From contig OZ219754.1 in the NCBI GenBank assembly GCA_964291295.2, forward strand, positions 2,208,001 to 2,272,000: a stretch of DNA of 64,000 nucleotides, given 5' to 3'. The translations under genes were made by a program, and so were the position numbers. Source of the stretch: an uncultured Candidatus Binatia bacterium. Its GTDB lineage: Bacteria; Desulfobacterota; Binatia; UBA9968; JAJDTQ01. Shown piece by piece: positions 30,199 through 38,803 of the stretch. Positions within the stretch are counted from its first letter, which is position 1, and each line of letters starts with the position of its first letter. The notes under the pieces are model-generated. The model saw only the letters and a list, made by a program, of their open reading frames with translations, ran no database searches and was not told where the DNA came from.

Positions 30199-31275
30199 AT
30201 GCCGATGTCCATGTTCATTGATGCCGACGCTCACGTGATCGAGACCGAGCAGACTTGGGAGTTCATGGAGGAAGGGGACCGGCGGTTCGCGCCGGACCTG
30301 CTGGTCTCCCGGCGCAGCGGCCTGCAGTACTGGCGCATCGACGAGCGGGTGGTGCCCAACACCAACATCGGCCTCAACACCACCGCCGGGTCGCGTGAGC
30401 TCGCCGACGTGCGGGCGCGGATCGCGCACATGGACGCGTTGTCGGTGGACGTCCAGGTCATCTATCCGACGCTGTTCCTGCGCCCCCTGACGGCCCGGGC
30501 CGACGTGGAACGGGCACTCTGCCGGGGTTACAACCGCTGGCTTGCGGAGATCTGGAAGCAGGGGGGCGGGCGCATCCGCTGGGTGGTGCTGGCGCCGGCG
30601 CGGTCCATGGACCGCGCCATCGAGGAGATCCGTTTCGGCAAGGCCCACGGCGCCTGCGGCGTCTTCATGCACGGCTTCGAGGGGGACCGGCTGCTCTCGG
30701 ACGACACCTTCTTCCCCCTCTACCAGGAGGCCAGTGATCTCGACATGCCCATCTGCATCCACGCCGGCGGCGGCAACCTGGATCACTACGACCTGTTCGC
30801 CCAGGACGTGTTCTCGCGCTTCAAGCTCCCGGCGGTGGGAGCGTTCAACAATCTCATCTACAAGGGCGTCCCCGACATGTTCCCGGAGCTTCGCTGGTGC
30901 TTCGTGGAGACCACGTCCCAGTGGGTTCCCTATGCGTTGAACGACCTTCGGATCCGCACGACCGCCGAACTGGCCTTTCGCCGGAAGCACGCCGGCAGCA
31001 GCCTGGCCGGGGTGCGCGGTGCCCCCCGGGAGCTTGCCGACGGGAACCTGCTGAGGGACAACCGCATCTACGTGGCCTGTCAGACCACCGATGACCTGCC
31101 CTATGTGATCGAGCACGCCGGCGAGGACAACATCATCGTGGGAACCGACTACGGGCACGCCGACTACTCCAACGACATGGAGGCCATCGCCAGGCTGGCC
31201 GGCGAGGGCATGCTTCCCGAAGGCTTGGGAACCAGGATCCTGAGTGACAACCCCCGGCGTCTCTACGGCCTGTAG
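30199..31275 (+). CDS. Amidohydrolase-2 family protein
   Basis: IDADAHVIE, FFPLYQEASDLDMPICIH, GTDYGHAD, NPRRLYGL. Confidence 0.9.
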   Translation: MPMSMFIDADAHVIETEQTWEFMEEGDRRFAPDLLVSRRSGLQYWRIDERVVPNTNIGLNTTAGSRELADVRARIAHMDALSVDVQVIYPTLFLRPLTARADVERALCRGYNRWLAEIWKQGGGRIRWVVLAPARSMDRAIEEIRFGKAHGACGVFMHGFEGDRLLSDDTFFPLYQEASDLDMPICIHAGGGNLDHYDLFAQDVFSRFKLPAVGAFNNLIYKGVPDMFPELRWCFVETTSQWVPYALNDLRIRTTAELAFRRKHAGSSLAGVRGAPRELADGNLLRDNRIYVACQTTDDLPYVIEHAGEDNIIVGTDYGHADYSNDMEAIARLAGEGMLPEGLGTRILSDNPRRLYGL

Positions 31276-31402
31276 GAGACTGCGTCACAGGACGCTCCGG
31301 GAGGTGGCCGGTGGGAGGGGATGCCCGGATTCGCGTCCAGCATGCCGGAAACGTGCCGCGCCCCGGGCGGGCGACCGCTGACCGCAGTCCGGGAGGAGTA
31401 CC

Positions 31403-32143
31403 ATGTCGAAGATCATTGCCCGCGCGCTTGCGCAGGAGCGGGACGGCGTACCGGGCTTCATCGCCTCGCCGGAGAGGTCGGGTCCGGGCCCGGCCCTGCT
31501 CATCATCCATCACCACTATGGCGTGACCGGCCACCTCAAGCACATGGCCTGCGAGTTCGCCGAGGCCGGGTACAGCGCCATGGTGCCCGCTCTCTACGAC
31601 CTGCTGGGCTTCCCCGACCACCACGGCGTCCAGCAGCAGATCTCCGACGGGCGCTTCGTGGAGATTCTGGACCAGGGCTGGCGATACCTCTGCGGGCGCG
31701 GCGACGTGGACGAGAACCGCGTGGCGGTCATGGGTCTGTGCATGGGCGGGCGCATCGGTATCCACTTCGTCGCGGCCACGCCCCGGGTCGCCGCGTTCCT
31801 GGGCTACTATCCTTCGGTGCGGGACGAGGGGCCGAGCGAGCTCCGGCCGCGGCATCCCGATGAATCCGCCCGGGAGATCCACTGCCCGTCGCTGATCCTG
31901 TTCGGGGGCCGGGACCGGGTCGCTCCGGTGCCGGTCCAGGAACGGCTGCGGGCCGCCTTCCTGGAAGGCACGCCCGACGTGGAGTGGCACTTCTTCCCGC
32001 CCGCCGGCCACGGCTTCGCGCTGGCCGACGGCGATGCCTACGATCCTGCGCTGGCGAAACTCATCTGGCCGCTGTCCGTGAACTTTCTGGACCGGGTGCT
32101 GGGAAGGGAGCCGGCGGCCATCGGGAAGCACGCGATTGCCTGA
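31403..32143 (+). CDS. Dienelactone hydrolase family protein
   Basis: GLCMGG nucleophile Cys, GGRD, AGHGF triad residues. Confidence 0.92.
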   Translation: MSKIIARALAQERDGVPGFIASPERSGPGPALLIIHHHYGVTGHLKHMACEFAEAGYSAMVPALYDLLGFPDHHGVQQQISDGRFVEILDQGWRYLCGRGDVDENRVAVMGLCMGGRIGIHFVAATPRVAAFLGYYPSVRDEGPSELRPRHPDESAREIHCPSLILFGGRDRVAPVPVQERLRAAFLEGTPDVEWHFFPPAGHGFALADGDAYDPALAKLIWPLSVNFLDRVLGREPAAIGKHAIA

Positions 32144-32222
32144 CCCTCCGGGGAGCGGACACCGCGGGCGGCCGATGCCCGTACGGGTGCGGAAGCGGGA
32201 AACCGGGAAACGGGCGAAACCG

Positions 32223-33668
32223 TCAGACCGCGGCTGGCGGTCTGCGCCGGTGCCATCCGGCGGCCTGCTCGCAGGCGTGGGCGGCGCGCAGCACCCGTCC
32301 TTCCCGAAAACGCGGCCCCACCAGCTGGAGCCCGATGGGCAGGCCGCCGGAGGAGAACCCGCCGTTGACGCTGAGGGCCGGCAGCCCGGTGAGGTTGAAC
32401 GGCGTGGTGAAGAGGGAACGGAAGTTCACGCCCGGACTTTCCAGCCGGATCTCCTCTCCGTCCACCTCCATCACCGCGCGCTGCGACTCCTCGATGGTGG
32501 GGGCCGGCACCGGGGCGGTGGGTGCGGCGATGAGGTCCACGTTCGCGAAGGCTTCGTCGAACTCCCGGCACAGGAGGCGACGAAGGCGCTGGGCGGCAAC
32601 GTAGGCATGGGCGGGGATCAGCATGGCGCCGATGTTCTGAAACAGCAGGCGCGCGCTGTACTCACGCGGCCTCGCGGCGAGCCAGGGCAGGTGTTCCCCC
32701 ACGTTCTCCGGCCGCGTGATGCAGGGCCAGACCACTCGCGTCATGTCCAGATGGGGCACCTCCACCTCCACCAGGCGGGCGCCCAGGGTTTCCATCAGGC
32801 GCTGTGACTCGGTGAACGCCTGCCGGACCGCCTTCGTCATGTACCGGTCGAAGTAGTCCTTGACCACGCCCACCCGCAGGCCCTCGATGCCGGCGGTCAG
32901 TTCTTCGCCGTAATCCGGAACCGGTTCGTCCGCGCTGACGGGATCCTTGGGGTCCCGGCCGGCAACGGCCTGCAGGATCAGCGCGCAGTCCCGCACCGTC
33001 TTGCCGAACACCCCCACATGATTGGTGCTGAAACCGCCGTCCCCTGGCACGTGTCCGAACCGGCTGATGCGCCCCCAGGTGGGCTTGAATCCCGCGATGC
33101 CGCACAGCGACGCCGGGTTTCGCACCGAGCCGCCGTTGTCGGTGCCGATGGAGCCCAGGCACAGGCTCGCGGCCACCCCCGCGGCCGACCCGCCGCTGGA
33201 GCCCCCGGCGATCCGCTCCGTGTCCCAGGGATTTCGGGTGGTGCCGTAGAACGGATTGATGGTGGTGCCGCCGTTGGCCCACTCGTGCATGTTGGTCTTG
33301 CCCAGGATCACCGCGCCCGCATCCCGGAGCCGCGCCACCACCGTGGCGTCGTGATCCGGAACCCACCCCTCCAGCACCCTGGATCCCGCGGTGGTGCGGA
33401 TTCCGCTGGTGGCGAGGTTGTCCTTGATGGACAGGGGGATGCCGTGCAGCGGGCCGCGATACGCTCTGCCCCGTATCGCCGCCTCCGCCGCCCGGGCATC
33501 CGCCAGCGCCCGCTCCCGCGCCACCGTGACATACGCCACCAGCTCCGGATTCAGGCGGTCCATGCGTGCCAGCATGCGTTCGGTGAGTTCCACCGGAGAG
33601 AGGTCGCCGTTCCTGATCCGGGCTGCGGCCGCGTCGATGGTCAACTCCGTCAGGTCGTGGTCGGTCAT
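32223..33668 (-). CDS. Amidase signature family enzyme
   Basis: GPLHGIPLSIKD, GGSSGGSAA, GTDNGGSVRNPA. Confidence 0.93.
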   Translation of the reverse strand: MTDHDLTELTIDAAAARIRNGDLSPVELTERMLARMDRLNPELVAYVTVARERALADARAAEAAIRGRAYRGPLHGIPLSIKDNLATSGIRTTAGSRVLEGWVPDHDATVVARLRDAGAVILGKTNMHEWANGGTTINPFYGTTRNPWDTERIAGGSSGGSAAGVAASLCLGSIGTDNGGSVRNPASLCGIAGFKPTWGRISRFGHVPGDGGFSTNHVGVFGKTVRDCALILQAVAGRDPKDPVSADEPVPDYGEELTAGIEGLRVGVVKDYFDRYMTKAVRQAFTESQRLMETLGARLVEVEVPHLDMTRVVWPCITRPENVGEHLPWLAARPREYSARLLFQNIGAMLIPAHAYVAAQRLRRLLCREFDEAFANVDLIAAPTAPVPAPTIEESQRAVMEVDGEEIRLESPGVNFRSLFTTPFNLTGLPALSVNGGFSSGGLPIGLQLVGPRFREGRVLRAAHACEQAAGWHRRRPPAAV

Positions 33669-33898
33669 GGTTCCTCCGGGAGACGGGCTGTCGCCGGCAC
33701 CCCGCCGGGTCACGGTGAGCCTAAGCGCACACCGGTCGTGAATCAACCGCGGTGTTCCGGTCGAGCGGATCGTTGCCCGACGTGACTTGGCTTTCGGCCG
33801 CCGCACAGGTACATCCTTTCGGGTGTCCGTCCCTGCCGGTTGCAATGTCCTGTTGCGGGAGGCGGCTACGGATGGTCTCGCAGGGATCGCCCGTGCAA

Positions 33899-33986
33899 GG
33901 GAAGGTCTGAACAGGGTGATGGCTCGACAGTGAGCGGCCCGCAACCTGTGGATCCCATTGTTTCAGCCCCGGGTTCAGACCTTCCC
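33899..33986. mobile_element. IS5-type MITE (88 bp)
   Basis: Perfect 14-bp terminal inverted repeats GGGAAGGTCTGAAC/GTTCAGACCTTCCC; non-coding; second copy at 5950-6050. Confidence 0.75.
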
Positions 33987-34140
33987 AGGGAGAATCGTCT
34001 GGCCAGGCTTCTGACCGGACCTGCGCGGACGGGATCGTGGAGTCGACGGTGGGGTTTCCTGCGCCAGCGGGGTTCCCTGTCCCGGGGACATGAAAGGGTT
34101 GCCGGGAGCGTTTCCGGGTCAACCGCAAGGTATCGGTGAG

Positions 34141-35061
34141 ATGCGAATTGCCGCAGTGGATCTGGTCAGCAACACCTGCTTCCCGGCCTTGGCTGCTCAG
34201 GAGTTGGGGTTCTATCGGGAAGAGGGCGCCGACGTGGAGATCGAACTGGTGTCCCAGATCGGCGCCACGCGGGCACTCCGGGAGGGCGGCGCGGACGCCA
34301 TGATCGCGGGGTCGGTGCACGACCTGTTGCGGGAGTTTCCCTGTTGGCGCGGCGCCAGGCTGCTGGTGGCGCTGTCTCAGGGAACCCCGTGGCTGCTGAC
34401 GGTGCGGGCGGACCTGGCGGCGGAGCGGGGAGACATCCAGGCACTCAAGGGCCTGCGTCTGACCGCGGCGGAGGGGCCGGATCTGGTGTTCAAGGCGCTG
34501 CTGGCGGCCGCAGGGCTGGATCCGGCGAAAGACGTGCGCCTCGTGCACCTGCCGGGTTCCGAGGCCCGGGACGTGTCGTTCGGCGTCCATGCCGCCCGCG
34601 GCCTGGAGTCCGGGCGGATCGACGGCTTCTGGTCCAACGCCATGGGCAGTGCCGTGGCCGTGTCGCTGGGGGTCGGCAAGCTCCACGTGGACGTGCGCCG
34701 GGGCGACGACCCCGGGGAGATCCGTCACTGCACCTTCGCCGGTGTCGGCACCACGGACGCCTTCATCGAGCGGGAACCGGAGCAGGCGGCGGCCGTGGTC
34801 CGCGCCATCGTGAAGGCGCAGAAGGCGTTGCGCGCGGACCCGTCCCGGGCCGCCCGGGTGGGCCGGGGACTCTTCCCGAAGGACGCGGCCGAACTCATCA
34901 CCGGCATCGTCGAGCGCGACGTGCGGTTCTACCAGCCGGCCATCTCCGAGACGGCGGTGGCGAAGCTCAATGCCTTTGCCCGGTCCGCCGGCCATCTGCC
35001 GGGGCTGGTGCCCTACGAGCAGGTGGCGGCGGTGCAATTCCGCCACCTGTGGGAGGATTGA
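34141..35061 (+). CDS. NMT1/THI5/SsuA-type substrate-binding protein (no evident signal peptide, no adjacent permease)
   Basis: PALAAQELGFYREEGADVEI, ALREGGAD, VVRAIVKAQKAL pattern. Confidence 0.82.
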   Translation: MRIAAVDLVSNTCFPALAAQELGFYREEGADVEIELVSQIGATRALREGGADAMIAGSVHDLLREFPCWRGARLLVALSQGTPWLLTVRADLAAERGDIQALKGLRLTAAEGPDLVFKALLAAAGLDPAKDVRLVHLPGSEARDVSFGVHAARGLESGRIDGFWSNAMGSAVAVSLGVGKLHVDVRRGDDPGEIRHCTFAGVGTTDAFIEREPEQAAAVVRAIVKAQKALRADPSRAARVGRGLFPKDAAELITGIVERDVRFYQPAISETAVAKLNAFARSAGHLPGLVPYEQVAAVQFRHLWED

Positions 35062-35228
35062 CACCCCGCCGCCCGCGGCAAGACGCCCCCGGGAGTCGAT
35101 CCGTACCACGCAGCCGGTCCTGTCGGATCACTCATGAAGGGGACGGAATCATACGTTTGTGCTCTTCCGTCACCCCCAGTCCGGACATGGCGTGACGGGA
35201 GGATCAAAAAATTCGCGTGCCGGGTCCA

Positions 35229-35534
35229 TCACGCCGGCTGATACCGCCGGACGTCGATCTCATCGGCGCGTGCTCGCATCCGCGCGGCGTCGTGCCATGC
35301 CTGCATCCGCAACAGCAGATCCATGCTCACGCCGAAGGCCTTCTCGACCCGCAAAGCCATTTCCGGCGACAGCGACGCGTTGCCGTTCAACAGGTCCGAG
35401 AGCGTCGCGCGGCGCACGCCGAGAATCCGCGCCCCAGCGGCAATACTCAATCCGAACTCCTCGATCACTTCGATCCGGATAAAGGCGCCAGGATGCGAAG
35501 GGGTCATCCCGGTCTTGATGCCGTGATCGGTCAT
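35229..35534 (-). CDS. higA: HigA antitoxin (HTH)
   Basis: HPGAFI...LGVRRATLSDLLNG..SLSPEMALRVEKAFG...LLRMQ. Confidence 0.92.
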   Translation of the reverse strand: MTDHGIKTGMTPSHPGAFIRIEVIEEFGLSIAAGARILGVRRATLSDLLNGNASLSPEMALRVEKAFGVSMDLLLRMQAWHDAARMRARADEIDVRRYQPA

Positions 35535-35824
35535 CAGTGGTAATCCTCCAGGTTCACGTATTCGATCCCGCCGTGCCGTTCCTCGAAGGTGACCCGCCAA
35601 TTGGCCGACACCGATACGCTCCACTCGTTGCGGCGTTCACCGGACAGTCGGTGAACCCGCCAGCCGGGCGGCGCTTCCCGGATGAAGCCCTCCACGTTCT
35701 CGGCCAGGACCAGCGCGGTCATGATGCCGCGCACCCGTTCCATGAGGCTTTGTTTCAGCAATCGAGAGGAGTCGTTCTCGAAAAGCTGGCGCAGTCCCCG
35801 ATGACGGATGGAAGGGATGACCAT
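35534..35824 (-). CDS. higB: HigB/RelE-family toxin
   Basis: IRHRGLRQLFE...HRLSGERRNEWSVSVSANWRVTF...LEDYH; TGATG coupling to higA. Confidence 0.92.
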   Translation of the reverse strand: MVIPSIRHRGLRQLFENDSSRLLKQSLMERVRGIMTALVLAENVEGFIREAPPGWRVHRLSGERRNEWSVSVSANWRVTFEERHGGIEYVNLEDYH

Positions 35825-35832
35825 GCCCATGT

Positions 35833-35849
35833 GTACGGCATGACCGTAC
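35833..35849. promoter_or_regulatory. Palindromic operator upstream of higBA
   Basis: GTACGG-N5-CCGTAC immediately upstream of the toxin start. Confidence 0.6.
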
Positions 35850-36491
35850 GAACCGCAAAAGTGTGGGCGACCGGAGAACGAACGGTCGGGCACGGCGGCG
35901 CGAGCCCGTTTCTGTCGCCCTGGTCGGCGTCAGGTCTCGCTTGTGCGCCCGCACCACTCGCGCATCCCGCCGCCAGTGCCAGGATGGCCGGACAGGGGGA
36001 AACCGGGTTTGCGAGGGCGTGTGCGTATCGCGCGACCATGACATTATCCTTTCCTTCGTCAAGCCGCGTCGGCCGCCCCGATCATGTCGAGGAGCGAATG
36101 ATGACGATGCGACGCCGCGAACACGCCGCTCCTTCCAGCCGGCACTGTACCATGACGTGGCCCTGCCCGTCGTCGGACAGCAACCCGATCAGAAGCCGCC
36201 GCTCCGTGCCCGGCTTCGCTCCCATGAAGTGCATCCCGGGTCGGTGTCGGTGGGGATGGCAGCCGTGGTTCCCCGTGCGTTCGAGCAGGGCGCGGGCGTC
36301 CACGCGCACCGTCGCCGGCGGATTCGCGGGATTGCGGCATTTGATAGGGCCTGGGCTTGATCTACCATGGTGGCACCGTTTCGGCGGACCGCCGCCGGGA
36401 CACATACCCGGGACTTGCGGGAAGCTGGAGACGCGGAGCAGGACATGGGGCAAGGGGCGGTGCGCCGCCCCTTCGAGGAAGGAGTTGAGCC

Positions 36492-37625
36492 ATGAGGGAT
36501 GGATTTCGTGTCATCGATTCGGACCGGCATATCATGGAGCCGTCGGACGTCTACGACCGCTACATGCCGGAGAAGTTCCGCGGGAGGGTCAAGATCACCG
36601 GACCCAACCAGTCCGGGCGCTTCGTGGACGGCAAGGCCGTCTCGGATTCGGACCGGCGCCCCGACCGGGAGGTCACGGACCATGGTTTCATCTTCGCCAG
36701 CAACAAGTCCTGGCGGGAGACATTTGCCGAAGCCATCGCCACGGGTTTCGATCCCGCTTCCAACCTCCGCGACATGGACCGGGAAGGCATCGACCTGAGC
36801 GTGCTGTTCCCCACCATGGGCCTCTACGTCATGTGGCGCTCGGACATCGACCCGGAGTTGAGCGCGGCCATCTGCCGGGCCTACAACACCTGGCTCGCGG
36901 AGTATTGCAGCCACGACGCGTCGCGGCTGCGCGGCGTCATGCTGCTGCCGCTGCAGGATCCCGCACGGGCCGTGGAGGAGCTGCGGCATGCCCGCGAGAC
37001 CCTTGGCCTGCTGGGCATCTTCTGGCGTCCCAACAAGCTCTGCGGCCGCACGCTGGCGAGTCCCGACTACTTTCCCGTCTACGAGGCGGCCCAGGATCTG
37101 GGCGTCACCGTCTGCGTCCACGAAGGCGCGCGCACGGTGCTGGAACAGGCCGGCAGCGACCGCTACAGCGAATTCGGTCGCCACGTGGCCTGTCATCCCC
37201 TGGAGCAGATGCTCGCGTGCCTGAGCTTTTGCGGCGACGGCGTGCTGGAGCGGTTTCCCGCCCTGAAGGTGGCCTATCTGGAGTCCGGCTGCGGCTGGGT
37301 GCCGTTCTGGCTTGAGCGCATGGACGAGCATTGGGAGCACGAGTCCCACGGCTCCGCCAGAACCACCCCCGAAAAACCCAGCTTCTACTTCCACCGACAG
37401 TGCTGGGTGAGTTGCGAGGCCGGGGAAGAGCTGGTGCCGAGCTTCGTGGAGCACGTGGGCAACGACCGCCTGACCATGGCCACGGACTATCCCCACAGCG
37501 ATTGCATCGACAAGTGGCCGGACCTCACCGTCGGTGCCCTGAGCGCCAACGAGAAGCTGTCGCAGGAGACCCGCCGCAAGATCCTGTGGGACAATCCGGC
37601 GCGGATGTACGGTCTGGAGGCGTAG
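36492..37625 (+). CDS. Amidohydrolase-2 family protein
   Basis: IDSDRHIME, YFPVYEAAQDL...VH, LESGCGWVPFWL, ATDYPHSD, NPARMYGL. Confidence 0.92.
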   Translation: MRDGFRVIDSDRHIMEPSDVYDRYMPEKFRGRVKITGPNQSGRFVDGKAVSDSDRRPDREVTDHGFIFASNKSWRETFAEAIATGFDPASNLRDMDREGIDLSVLFPTMGLYVMWRSDIDPELSAAICRAYNTWLAEYCSHDASRLRGVMLLPLQDPARAVEELRHARETLGLLGIFWRPNKLCGRTLASPDYFPVYEAAQDLGVTVCVHEGARTVLEQAGSDRYSEFGRHVACHPLEQMLACLSFCGDGVLERFPALKVAYLESGCGWVPFWLERMDEHWEHESHGSARTTPEKPSFYFHRQCWVSCEAGEELVPSFVEHVGNDRLTMATDYPHSDCIDKWPDLTVGALSANEKLSQETRRKILWDNPARMYGLEA

Positions 37626-37627
37626 GG

Positions 37628-38653
37628 ATGGCGCGATTCCGGGTCGTCTACTGTGGCAGCAACGATGTGCCCGCCGACCTCATCGAGCCGGTCCTGCGGG
37701 AGGCCGACGCGGAGATGGTGGTGGCCCGGCCCACCAGCGACGAGGAGGTGGCGGAGGCCGGGCGCGACGCCGACGGCATGATCTTTCACGGCGCCCTGCC
37801 GCTCACCCGCGAGATCATCTCGAAGCTCGACCGCTGCAAGGTCATCTGCCGCACCGGCGTGGGCGTGGACCGACTGGACCTGGCCGCGGCCAGGGAGCAC
37901 GGCATCGTCGTGTGCAACGCCGCCGGCTGCAACGCCATCGAGGTGGCGGAGCAGATGATCGGGCTCATGATCGCCATCTCCCGCAAGCTCGTGCGCATGA
38001 ACCAGTACGTGCGCGAGGGCCGCTGGCGCCGCCACACCGCCGAACTCCATGCCTACCGCGGTCCGGTGGCGCGCATTGCCGGCCAGACCCTGGGGATCGT
38101 CGGCCTCGGCCACGTCGGACGCCAGGTGGCGCCCCGGGCCCAGGGCATGAAAATGAACGTCCAGGCCGCGGACCCCTATGTGGCCGCGGTCATTGCCGAG
38201 GCCATGGACGTCCGGCTGGTCGCCTTCGACGAACTGGTTCGCAGCTCGGACGTCATCACCCTGCACGCCCCGCTGGTGCCGGCCACCCGCCGGATGTTCG
38301 GCCGGGAACAGTTCGCGGCCATGAAGAACAGCGCCTATCTCATCAACTGCGCCCGGGGCGGGCTGGTGGACACCGGCGCCCTCCACGAGGCCCTCACCAC
38401 CGGTCAGATCGCCGGGGCGGCCCTGGACGTTACCGACCCCGAACCCCTGCCCGCCGACCATCCGCTGCTGATGCTGCCCAATGTCATTGTCACCTGCCAC
38501 ACCGCCGCCAACTCCAACGAGTCCTATGTCGATTGCCAGACCCACGCCGCCCGGGAAGTGGTGCGGGTGCTCCGGGGCGAGCCTCCCACCACCGCCATCG
38601 ACGACCCATGGCTGCTGACCGACGCCCAGGATCGGGGCTTCGGCGGCGTGTGA
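37628..38653 (+). CDS. D-isomer-specific 2-hydroxyacid dehydrogenase (CtBP/SerA-like)
   Basis: GVGVD, GIVGLGHVG, LINCARG, ALDV..PEP, catalytic H in CHTA. Confidence 0.92.
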   Translation: MARFRVVYCGSNDVPADLIEPVLREADAEMVVARPTSDEEVAEAGRDADGMIFHGALPLTREIISKLDRCKVICRTGVGVDRLDLAAAREHGIVVCNAAGCNAIEVAEQMIGLMIAISRKLVRMNQYVREGRWRRHTAELHAYRGPVARIAGQTLGIVGLGHVGRQVAPRAQGMKMNVQAADPYVAAVIAEAMDVRLVAFDELVRSSDVITLHAPLVPATRRMFGREQFAAMKNSAYLINCARGGLVDTGALHEALTTGQIAGAALDVTDPEPLPADHPLLMLPNVIVTCHTAANSNESYVDCQTHAAREVVRVLRGEPPTTAIDDPWLLTDAQDRGFGGV

Positions 38654-38803
38654 CGTTGCGGGGTAGAACGGCGGCGGAACGGCGGCGCGAAGGCCGGTCG
38701 AAGAGAACACCGCCCTCGGGCGGGTTGCCCTCGTGTCCGTGCCCTTGAGTCCGGGCGTTGCCGGCGCCACCGATGGATGCTCGTCCATCCCCCGCCGGCG
38801 GGA

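Noticed and set aside
32223-33668. gatA of the Glu-tRNA amidotransferase
   Set aside because: No gatB/gatC neighbours; generic amidase signature only
35860-36480. Coding sequence between higBA and the amidohydrolase
   Set aside because: Several short overlapping ORFs, none with a recognisable motif or convincing codon bias
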